Source: an uncultured Thermococci archaeon
GTDB taxonomy: Archaea; Methanobacteriota_B; Thermococci; Thermococcales; Thermococcaceae
NCBI GenBank assembly: GCA_964615185.1
Contig: CAZTOS010000039.1
Location: forward strand, 1 to 21,026
Reading direction: 5' to 3'
Length of the DNA stretch: 21,026 bases
The number at the start of each line of letters is the position of its first letter. Position 1 is the first letter of the stretch. Below, one piece after another: positions 1-7,726 of the stretch. Below the pieces are notes generated by a model. That model saw only the letters and a program-made list of their open reading frames with translations, searched no databases and was not told where the DNA came from. Made by a program: the position numbers and the translations under genes.

Positions 1-1850
1 AGACTTCAGAAAGCTCACAATCAATTAATGCGGAGGTTTATAAGAGCTGGCTCCACAATTCCACAGAATATTTTGAAATCTACTATCCAGAAGAGGTTTA
101 CAAAAATCCAATATTACAATCAAAGCTCAATATGCTCCTTCTCGGTGCAGACAGCACATATGAAAGCTATTCCAAGCTTTTTGGAGGCAAACCACATAAA
201 GCAAAGATATATCTATATCCATCAAAAGACAGCTTGAAAAGCATCACAGGGAAAAATACGCTCTGGTTCGTAGATTACCAGAGAAGAGAAATTCACATTG
301 CATTGATAGAAGAAAGCGGCATGTACTCCTCGTTTGAAATTGTTTCAGCGCTTTTGGAATTTGCGGCAGGTGAAAAGCTTCCAGATGTACTCGTCATTGG
401 GTTTGGAGTGCTGAACTTCAGAATACCAAGGAACCCTCAAGAAAGCTACGTGAGCATAGAGCAACTGAAGTCCTTAGACCTAAGAAAAGAATACAATGAA
501 ACCTTGTATGCTGAAGCTGGGGACTTGCTAAGGTACATTGCAGATACTTATGGCCCACAAGCTCTCATAAACACATTAAAGAATGGAAACATTCCAACTG
601 TCAATGAAAAGGATTTCCTTGAATTTTTGGAGACTGAAGATCACGAAACAAGCAACATAGAAAAAACGACAATAACTCTGAACATAAGCATGGAGCAGAA
701 AAAGTTTGAGGGAGCTGTAATTTACAGCAACGTTACCTCACAGCCGTACATCTATTTCAGAAGAACACCAAGGATTGACATCAAAGAGATTAAAGTGAAC
801 GGCGAAAATGTTGACTTCATTCAGAGCTTTACAGTGGTCATTCCAGCAAAGAACTTCAAAAAAGGAAGCATAGAAATTAAATACAGTGGGGACTACTCAA
901 AAATTGAGAAAATAGCACCCAAAAGAGGATACATAGAGGGACAAATTAAGGAAGATATTGCATTTTTAAGGGGCACATTTCTGCGTCCCATGCTGAACTC
1001 CGTTGAGCTGTTTAACGTCATCGAAGTTAGAGCCAAAACTGACAAGGGAACAGTTATAGCTCCAGGCGAACTGATTTCTTCCAATGTCTGGAGAATTTCA
1101 TTTCCTCAAGGATTCAGCGGTGTGATTCCAGTTTTTGCTGGAGAATTCAAGAAAATAGAGCTGATGAACGGTTACTTAACGGTGTATTACATGGATATTG
1201 ATGAGGAAACCGCAGAGAGATACGCCAACCTTACCGCAGAGATTCTGGAGTTCGGAGTGAAATATTTTGGAAAGCCGGGATATGGGAAAGTTAAAGTTGT
1301 TTACCCCAAAGGAATAAGTATCTCGAGTCTAATGCTTGATACTCTGGCATATTCTCACAATCCCGTACGATACAAATATGGCTACGCATACGAGATAGCA
1401 CATTGGTGGGTTCCTGGGACAGTTACATTTGACACAAACATGAGCCAGTTCTGGTTCAATCTGGCTTTCCCATGGTACTACTCTTTAAAATACGCCCAGA
1501 ACATTTCACAGGAAAGTTATCGTGAGCTAAGGAACTATGGGATTTCAAAATATCATAAAGCAACAAGGTATGGAGAAAAAGATGTTCCGTTAACGGAAGT
1601 ATGGAAAGTATGGGGAAGGGATATCAACCTTTATTATGCCGTTGGTGCATATAAAGGAGCCTCGGTTCTTGAGAAGCTTGAAGAGTATGCAGGCAAAGAG
1701 GCATTTTTCCAATCTCTCAGAGAGTTCTTTGAAAAATACAGATTTAGGGAAGGAGATTTAAACGATTTTGTGGCAATATTAGAAAAGAACTCTGGAAAAT
1801 CAGTTAAAGAGCTTTTCCAGAATTTAACAACGAGCACAGGATTGCCTTAG
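1..1850 (+). CDS. M1/gluzincin-fold protein, 5'-partial, with two degenerate peptidase domains (probable pseudo-peptidase)
   Basis: The frame is open from nt 3 (TSESSQSINAEVYKSWLHNSTEYFEIYYPE...) into the ATG at 132, so the true start lies left of the window. The C-terminal domain has M1-like motifs YEIAHWW, WFNLAF, YKGASVLEKL and FFQSLREFF. The N-terminal part has a peptidase-MA-like pattern (FEIVSALL...LPDVLVIG...YAEAGDLLRYIADTYG). Confidence 0.8.
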   Translation, partial: TSESSQSINAEVYKSWLHNSTEYFEIYYPEEVYKNPILQSKLNMLLLGADSTYESYSKLFGGKPHKAKIYLYPSKDSLKSITGKNTLWFVDYQRREIHIALIEESGMYSSFEIVSALLEFAAGEKLPDVLVIGFGVLNFRIPRNPQESYVSIEQLKSLDLRKEYNETLYAEAGDLLRYIADTYGPQALINTLKNGNIPTVNEKDFLEFLETEDHETSNIEKTTITLNISMEQKKFEGAVIYSNVTSQPYIYFRRTPRIDIKEIKVNGENVDFIQSFTVVIPAKNFKKGSIEIKYSGDYSKIEKIAPKRGYIEGQIKEDIAFLRGTFLRPMLNSVELFNVIEVRAKTDKGTVIAPGELISSNVWRISFPQGFSGVIPVFAGEFKKIELMNGYLTVYYMDIDEETAERYANLTAEILEFGVKYFGKPGYGKVKVVYPKGISISSLMLDTLAYSHNPVRYKYGYAYEIAHWWVPGTVTFDTNMSQFWFNLAFPWYYSLKYAQNISQESYRELRNYGISKYHKATRYGEKDVPLTEVWKVWGRDINLYYAVGAYKGASVLEKLEEYAGKEAFFQSLREFFEKYRFREGDLNDFVAILEKNSGKSVKELFQNLTTSTGLP

Positions 1851-2912
1851 CTATCTGAGTTTTAACCCCTCTGTTAGTCCTTTTTCAACTTTCTTCCCAA
1901 CTTTTGAGTTAACATAAGAATCTAATGAGCACACATGAGCGAATACGTCTTCGAGGGTTACTGTCTCGTTTTGAATGTCGATGACGTCATAATTTGTTAG
2001 GATTGCGAGGATATCCTTCAGATGATCTTGTTTAATGTAGATTTCCAAGTACGTGAAACCGTTTTGAGTATAAACTTTAATCTTCTCTGTTATCCCGGTA
2101 AAGTCATCAACTTCAACTTTGCCCTTGAGTTTGACCAACAGCTTCCTATCTATTTTTAAGGCTTGGAACTTTTCGACTAATTCTTTCGGCTTGCCTTCAG
2201 CGATTTTCTTCTTGTTAAAAATTAGAACTCTATCACATAACACTTCAGCCTCATTCAAATTATGTGTAGTTAGTATTATTGTTGTTCTAAATTCTTTAGA
2301 GAGTTCTAAAATGGCATTCCAGACTTCTCTTCTTGTAAAAACGTCTAAGTAAACTGTTGGCTCATCTAAAATTAAAGCTTCAGGCTGAATTATTAGCGGC
2401 AGTGCAAGATAAACTTTCTGCCTCATGCCTGCAGAAAGCTTTTGATACCATTCATTCCTCTTGTCCTTGAGATTCAAAAGCTCCAAAGCATAGTTAATCC
2501 TCTTTTCAGCTTCAACTTTAGAAATCCCCCAGAGCTCTGCAATAAATTTCAAGTTCTTCTCCACGCTTACACGCCATTGAAAAAGTCCAAACAAATCCCT
2601 CTCCCCACCAAAAATCGTGAATATTCTGCCCTTGATTTTATCATGCTCCCTCACTGAATCATAACCATTGATGTAAAGATTACCCCGAGTCGGAATTACT
2701 AATGCATTGGCAATCTTGCAGAAGGTTGTCTTTCCAGCACCATTAGGACCCAGAAGACCGAAAATCTCACCCTCTTTAACCTTGAAATTCAAATCAATCA
2801 AGGCTGGAATTTCTTCTCTAGGTTTCCCAAGAAAATCTCTCAAACTTTTCAGGTCAAAGAGCGATTTTATTGGTGAGGGATAAAACTTAGTCAAGTTAAC
2901 TGACTCAATCAT
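1851..2912 (-). CDS. ABC transporter ATP-binding protein (ABC-2/DrrA-like exporter)
   Basis: Walker A GPNGAGKT, signature LSAGMRQ, Walker B LILDEPT, H-loop TTH, and a C-terminal ACT-like extension ending TLEDVF. Confidence 0.95.
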   Translation of the reverse strand: MIESVNLTKFYPSPIKSLFDLKSLRDFLGKPREEIPALIDLNFKVKEGEIFGLLGPNGAGKTTFCKIANALVIPTRGNLYINGYDSVREHDKIKGRIFTIFGGERDLFGLFQWRVSVEKNLKFIAELWGISKVEAEKRINYALELLNLKDKRNEWYQKLSAGMRQKVYLALPLIIQPEALILDEPTVYLDVFTRREVWNAILELSKEFRTTIILTTHNLNEAEVLCDRVLIFNKKKIAEGKPKELVEKFQALKIDRKLLVKLKGKVEVDDFTGITEKIKVYTQNGFTYLEIYIKQDHLKDILAILTNYDVIDIQNETVTLEDVFAHVCSLDSYVNSKVGKKVEKGLTEGLKLR

Positions 2913-3087
2913 ATGTATTCCCTGTCATTAATTGATGAAATTACTTATAAATATTGCTGTTGTTTTTCTTTATTAATGGTTTCACTTTATTTATAAATAA
3001 GTTTCATAGATTTATAAATCAGTTGCAGTAAAACTTATTTATCGTTTCATCGAAAATGTGAATGCAAAAACTTAGGGGGTGTTGTGA
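2913..3087. promoter_or_regulatory. Divergent promoter region (ABC ATPase / precursor operon)
   Basis: Very AT-rich. TATA-like cores ACTTATAAAT (2943-2952) and ATTTATAAAT (2989-2998, 3010-3019). BRE/TATA-like AAACTTATTTAT at 3031-3042 (+) with its inverse at 2993-3004. G-rich RBS AGGGGGT at ~3074-3080. Confidence 0.65.
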
Positions 3088-3276
3088 ATGAAGATTGAGA
3101 TATTGAAAGTGGAAAATGGGAAGATTGTTGAGCCAGAGGACATGGTTGCTTGTGTTATGGGAGGATGTGGTGGAGGGTATGGTGATTGTATAGGGTATGG
3201 AAACTGCCCAACCGTAGGGGATAGGTGTGATAGACCCGAAGGAATACCATGTGCTTTTGGCCTTGTTGATCCATGA
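3088..3276 (+). CDS. Putative RiPP precursor peptide (62 aa, Cys/Gly-rich core)
   Basis: Preceded by an RBS. Charged leader MKIEILKVENGKIVEPEDMVA, then a core with Cys22/27/34/40/47/55 and tandem GYGDC-I-GYGNC. First gene upstream of several RRE-rSAM/SPASM genes. Confidence 0.85.
   Translation: MKIEILKVENGKIVEPEDMVACVMGGCGGGYGDCIGYGNCPTVGDRCDRPEGIPCAFGLVDP
3175..3210 (+). repeat. Degenerate 18-nt tandem unit in precursor core (GYGDCI / GYGNCP)
   Basis: gggtatggtgattgtata | gggtatggaaactgccca. Confidence 0.6.
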
Positions 3277-3288
3277 GTAATGTCTGTA

Positions 3289-3310
3289 AATTTCTTTATT
3301 TCTCTTTTCT
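3289..3310 (+). terminator. Possible oligo-T (partial) terminator after the precursor gene
   Basis: Pyrimidine run tttctttatttctcttttct shortly after the stop, typical of archaeal intrinsic terminators. Confidence 0.45.
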
Positions 3311-3331
3311 ACAAGGGGGGTCGTAACTAAA

Positions 3332-4771
3332 ATGGACAAAACAACTTATCGAGTAAATCCATATTTATTGTTCACGAAATTACAGGATAATATGTACTTA
3401 GTAGTAAATGTTTTAGACAAAACATGTATTAAATGCGATAAAGAGCTTTTTGATGTTTTAAGAAATAGAGATGTGTCTAAAATACCAGAAGACATACAGA
3501 GAGTACTTTACGAAAATAAGATTTTAATTCCAAAAAACATAGGTGATATCGAGTATTTAGAGTCGAAGATTTACAGAAACTCCAACAATAACAATAAAAT
3601 TACTAACAATGTGATCTTAACTAAGTTTGAATTCATCGTGACATGGCAATGTAATTTTTCATGTTCTTACTGTTTTGAAAATAAAGACAAAACTTCTTTG
3701 TGGGGTGGCCTAACTACAAAGCATGTGGATAAAGCTTTTGAATTTATTGACCAATACAGCACTCATAATTTCCCCCTACATATTGGACTAATGGGTGGTG
3801 AGCCATTATTACCCAGTTATAAACAAGTGGTATCCAAAATTTTTAAGAACGTTCAAGAGAGGAATGGAAAAATTACAATTATAACTAACGGATCCACAAT
3901 AGATAAATATCTTGATCTAATTAGCAAATATAATGATTACATAGAGAGGATACAAGTGACATTAGATGGTACAAGAGATGTACACGACAAAAGAAGGCCC
4001 TTTAAAGGGGGAATTGGGAGTTTTGATAAAATAGTTTCAAACATAGACAGTCTCTTAAGAATTGGATTTAAAAAAGTGAGAATTGTAATGAATGTAGATC
4101 ACGAAAATTTAGATGACGTACCCAATTTTATTCAATTCTTAGAGCAGAAAGGATGGCTAGGGAACTTCAATATTCTAATAACAACAGTAGAAAGTTATGG
4201 AAACATTAGAGCTGAAAAATTCAACCATTATAAAACAAGTAGAGAGCGTATAATAAAAAAACTATTTGAATATTTTTATGAGCATCCAGAATTGTTAAGA
4301 TACATTCATGTGGATGATAACCGAGGAAGTATGAGAGTACTTTATTCACTGATAATAGAAGGAAAAATTCCTAATCCAACATTGTATCATTGTGCGGGAA
4401 TAGCTGGGATTGGAGGCAGTTTTTCTCCGGATGGCAAGGTATATCCATGTGCTGCATTTGCAGAGGGACAATTATATCCTATTGGAGAATACTACCCCAA
4501 ACAGAAATTATACGCAAAGCAGTTATCTGCCTTAAGGAAGCGTAATACTCTAAACCTTAGAAAATGTTACAGTTGTAATCTTTTGCCTATTTGTGCAGGG
4601 GGATGCCCCATTATGGGCCTAAGTTATGAAGAATATCAGAGGCTTAAAATAGGGAAGTGCAATCTCCTAGAATGTACCACATGTTTAGGCAAAGAGATCA
4701 TACTGGAGGAAGGAGTTTTATATTATAACTTCAAACAGAAGTTAAAAGAAGAGAGGAGGATACAGGAATGA
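3332..4771 (+). CDS. Radical SAM/SPASM peptide maturase 1 with N-terminal RRE-like domain
   Basis: CNFSCSYC (CX3CX2C), GGEP, TNG, VTLDG...HD. SPASM C-x13-G-x4-C (HCAG...GKVYPC) and CYSC-x5-C-x3-C...C. About 90-aa winged-helix-like N-terminus. Confidence 0.93.
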   Translation: MDKTTYRVNPYLLFTKLQDNMYLVVNVLDKTCIKCDKELFDVLRNRDVSKIPEDIQRVLYENKILIPKNIGDIEYLESKIYRNSNNNNKITNNVILTKFEFIVTWQCNFSCSYCFENKDKTSLWGGLTTKHVDKAFEFIDQYSTHNFPLHIGLMGGEPLLPSYKQVVSKIFKNVQERNGKITIITNGSTIDKYLDLISKYNDYIERIQVTLDGTRDVHDKRRPFKGGIGSFDKIVSNIDSLLRIGFKKVRIVMNVDHENLDDVPNFIQFLEQKGWLGNFNILITTVESYGNIRAEKFNHYKTSRERIIKKLFEYFYEHPELLRYIHVDDNRGSMRVLYSLIIEGKIPNPTLYHCAGIAGIGGSFSPDGKVYPCAAFAEGQLYPIGEYYPKQKLYAKQLSALRKRNTLNLRKCYSCNLLPICAGGCPIMGLSYEEYQRLKIGKCNLLECTTCLGKEIILEEGVLYYNFKQKLKEERRIQE

Positions 4772-6411
4772 GAAATATTTTACTCAGAGTGATGGTTATT
4801 TACTTAGTAATTTTCTCTTTGCCAACAGCCACATCACTTGGGAACACCCAAAACTTCCCAAAAGTGATTGTTAAGATAAACCCCAACCTTGAATTGTTTG
4901 CTGTGGTGTATATTCTGACATTTAATGGCAGTGATGATTTTATAATTGCTCCTCAAAGCTATGTTGATGACGTTTTGACGTACTTTGCCCCCTACAAGGA
5001 TCATGTAGCAGTGAAGTCGATGCAACAAATGTTTCCCAAAGACCTGCCTAATTATATCAAAGATGAAAACTTATGGAAATGGGCAAGCAGTTTAGCAGTT
5101 AGAGAATACCTAGAAGATCAAGAAGACTTATCTGGTTTCTATGCTGAGCTTTCAGATTTTGCCAGGGAGAGTAACTTCATGAAGTTCTATAATGCCCATA
5201 AGGGTGAATATGAAAAAGCACTTATCTCAATTCAGAATGTTTTTAAAGAGTGGGACTTTATTAAAGAGCTTGAGAATCGTTCTGGAAAGAAATACGCTGA
5301 GTATCGAGTCGAGCTTTCATATTCCCTTTTCATTCACCTCCACTCACGCCACATACTAACCAAAGCTTACATGATTGGATCTATACCGAGGAGTTATTTA
5401 GACAATCTGCGTTACACTGGCTTGCCAAACATTCAAGCAATCAAAGACTATATGTTTAGGGCTTTCTTCATCCACGAGTTTGCTCATGCATTTTTGGATT
5501 CTGATAGGCTTGGCATGTCATCAGAGTACCGCTTCATCTATCAAAAAGTTTTAGAAGAGCTTCCTTTTACGGCATATAATCTGGATTTTTCCACAAGTGG
5601 GGCATATCTAAACGAAAACTTGGTTGAGGCTTTTACCCATTATTATCTTGCAGAACACTACAACTCTACCATCGCAGAGTATCTCATTCTGAAAGATGCA
5701 ACTATCGGCTATGTTCTTGTTGAGGATTTGGCTAAAGCATTTCAAGAAAACATTTCATTCAGTCAGATACCGGAAGTTGTGGGAAAGCTGGTAACGAAAG
5801 ACAACCTAAGCAGATACTTTAATTCAAGAATGCCCGTAAATGGGTTTTGGGCAGTAAATAGAATTTACAAAGATAAGAGGGTCATCATAGTTTACGGGAC
5901 GCAGAATCCGGATGAGAGGGGAAATGAATATGATAAGGAGTCTGCACTAATGCTTGCTAATTGGTTGAGAAGTGCGGGGATATCGGTTGAAGTTAAGGGT
6001 GATAACGAACTCACAAATGAAGACCTTCAGAGCAATTTAGTAGTAATTGGAGGGCCTGGAGCAAATGAATTAACTAAGAACCTAACCAAAGAACTTGTGG
6101 TGAAATTTTCTTTTAACGGCGACTGGAAGCTTGTAAGAAACTTCACGGCTGTTGAAAATCCAATTTCGTTCATCTTTTCAAACGAAAGTATTAAGGTGGT
6201 TAAATCAGATGCCGTAGTTCCTCAAGAATATCCATTAGGAGTCGTTCAAACCTTAAGAAACCCATGGAACAACGAGAAGTTCATAATCGTGATTGCCGGC
6301 ATTGATAGGTACTGCACAAGAAAAATGCTCCGCTACTTTAACTACAACAGTAGTTATCTAATCAGAGGGAAAACGTTCTTCGAGGAGGGATTTTATATTC
6401 AAAGAATCTAA
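4768..6411 (+). CDS. Secreted HEXXH metallopeptidase-like protein (DUF4932-like) with C-terminal S-layer-type domain
   Basis: N-terminal hydrophobic signal, NPNLELFAVV, IHEFAH (His codon 5473) with downstream NENLVEA, and C-terminal NLVVIGGPGAN...RNPWN...IAGIDR. Start overlaps the previous stop (ATGA). Confidence 0.75.
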   Translation: MRNILLRVMVIYLVIFSLPTATSLGNTQNFPKVIVKINPNLELFAVVYILTFNGSDDFIIAPQSYVDDVLTYFAPYKDHVAVKSMQQMFPKDLPNYIKDENLWKWASSLAVREYLEDQEDLSGFYAELSDFARESNFMKFYNAHKGEYEKALISIQNVFKEWDFIKELENRSGKKYAEYRVELSYSLFIHLHSRHILTKAYMIGSIPRSYLDNLRYTGLPNIQAIKDYMFRAFFIHEFAHAFLDSDRLGMSSEYRFIYQKVLEELPFTAYNLDFSTSGAYLNENLVEAFTHYYLAEHYNSTIAEYLILKDATIGYVLVEDLAKAFQENISFSQIPEVVGKLVTKDNLSRYFNSRMPVNGFWAVNRIYKDKRVIIVYGTQNPDERGNEYDKESALMLANWLRSAGISVEVKGDNELTNEDLQSNLVVIGGPGANELTKNLTKELVVKFSFNGDWKLVRNFTAVENPISFIFSNESIKVVKSDAVVPQEYPLGVVQTLRNPWNNEKFIIVIAGIDRYCTRKMLRYFNYNSSYLIRGKTFFEEGFYIQRI

Positions 6412-6424
6412 GAGGTGACTCACT

Positions 6425-7726
6425 ATGAGACTCTCTTCTCTTGTGAATATCGTCCAACTAAATGAAACAGACTACCTTATCTTAAAACCTAACTCTCGAT
6501 CTTTAATAGTTGACAGAGAAGTTATTGAAGCAATTAGGAATTTAAATAATACTCCAAAAGAAGTGGTAGAAGTTCTTACAAAAGAGGGATTTATTACAAA
6601 CTTAAAGCCGGAAGAAGAAATTGCATTATTTTACAGTTTTTTAGAGCAAAATGAAGCTCGAATAAAGGGTAAATACAGTATCGCAATAACGTACAACTGC
6701 AACTTTGCTTGTACTTACTGTTATGAAAGAGGTATAAATAAAGAGGACACAATTAGCAGAGAAATGATTGATAAATTTTATGAAATCGCTGTAAATGATA
6801 AAGATAAGATACGGGAAAGCATTGGAATTACGGGTGGAGAACCTTTAATGTATGAAAATGCTGAAATTTTAGAATATCTTCTAAGAGAGGGTAAGAAAAA
6901 AGGATTTGCTTTCGATATCATAACCAATGGTTATGAGCTGATTGAATTCTTAGACATGCTAAAGAAAAACAATGTAAAAATTGTAAAAGTAACGTTGGAT
7001 GGCCCCAAAGAAATTCACGATAAAAGGAGAATTCACAGGAAAGATAGGGAGACATATGATAAAATTTTGGAGGGAATTAAAGAAGCTCAAGATAAAGGAA
7101 TTAAGGTAACAATCTTCGTAAATGTTGATGCTCAAAACCTCAACTATACTCCCAAACTCATTAATGAACTTAAAGAAAATGAAATAGACGCCACAATTTT
7201 ATTAAAAAGGGTTAATGAACGCTCAGGAGCAAAATATCCCTATACTTTAACTTCAAAAGAGTACTTTGAGAGAGTGTTCAAAATAATAAGGGAATACAAA
7301 CTAAAAGAAGTCAAGGTTTATGAATTCGATATATTTTATGCAAACCTTTTCAATGCTCTCTCATCAGGAACTCCAATTCCCGCAAGGTTAAGATACTGCG
7401 GAGGAGTTACCCCTGGTGTTTTGATATTTGATCCAAGAGGCGACATTTATACCTGTGATTACGTTCTGGGAGATAAAAGGTTCAGCGTTGGCACTTATTA
7501 CCCAGAGTTTAAATTGAACATAAACTATTACCTCTGGAAGAATAGAACAGCAAGCAAGATAAAGGAATGCTTTAACTGCAGGCTATCTCTTTTGTGCTCT
7601 GGTGGATGTCCTATGGAAGCATATAGAGCCCATGGAACATTATATAAGCCGTACTGTGAAGAAACTAAGTACTTGTTTGAGTATATAAAACTCTGGCTCT
7701 CTCTAAGGAGGGAGGATAGTGATTAG
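6425..7726 (+). CDS. Radical SAM/SPASM peptide maturase 2 with N-terminal RRE-like domain
   Basis: RBS GAGGTGA, CNFACTYC, GGEP, TNG, VTLDG...HD, and SPASM YCGG...GDIYTC, CFNC-x5-C-x3-C...YC. Confidence 0.93.
   Translation: MRLSSLVNIVQLNETDYLILKPNSRSLIVDREVIEAIRNLNNTPKEVVEVLTKEGFITNLKPEEEIALFYSFLEQNEARIKGKYSIAITYNCNFACTYCYERGINKEDTISREMIDKFYEIAVNDKDKIRESIGITGGEPLMYENAEILEYLLREGKKKGFAFDIITNGYELIEFLDMLKKNNVKIVKVTLDGPKEIHDKRRIHRKDRETYDKILEGIKEAQDKGIKVTIFVNVDAQNLNYTPKLINELKENEIDATILLKRVNERSGAKYPYTLTSKEYFERVFKIIREYKLKEVKVYEFDIFYANLFNALSSGTPIPARLRYCGGVTPGVLIFDPRGDIYTCDYVLGDKRFSVGTYYPEFKLNINYYLWKNRTASKIKECFNCRLSLLCSGGCPMEAYRAHGTLYKPYCEETKYLFEYIKLWLSLRREDSD

Noticed and set aside
1848..1865. Amber readthrough at the TAG ending the pseudo-peptidase
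   Set aside because: Only four more codons (LSEF) precede a TAA, and pyrrolysine is not known in Thermococcales.
3088..3276. Precursor as a SCIFF (six Cys in forty-five) peptide or small ferredoxin
   Set aside because: It has six Cys but no CxxC pairs and none of the CQxSCQSACKTSC-type SCIFF motif or ferredoxin spacing.
3019..3339. 106-aa minus-strand ORF over the precursor
   Set aside because: Antisense shadow with no recognisable motif; the plus-strand ORF has the RBS and operon context.
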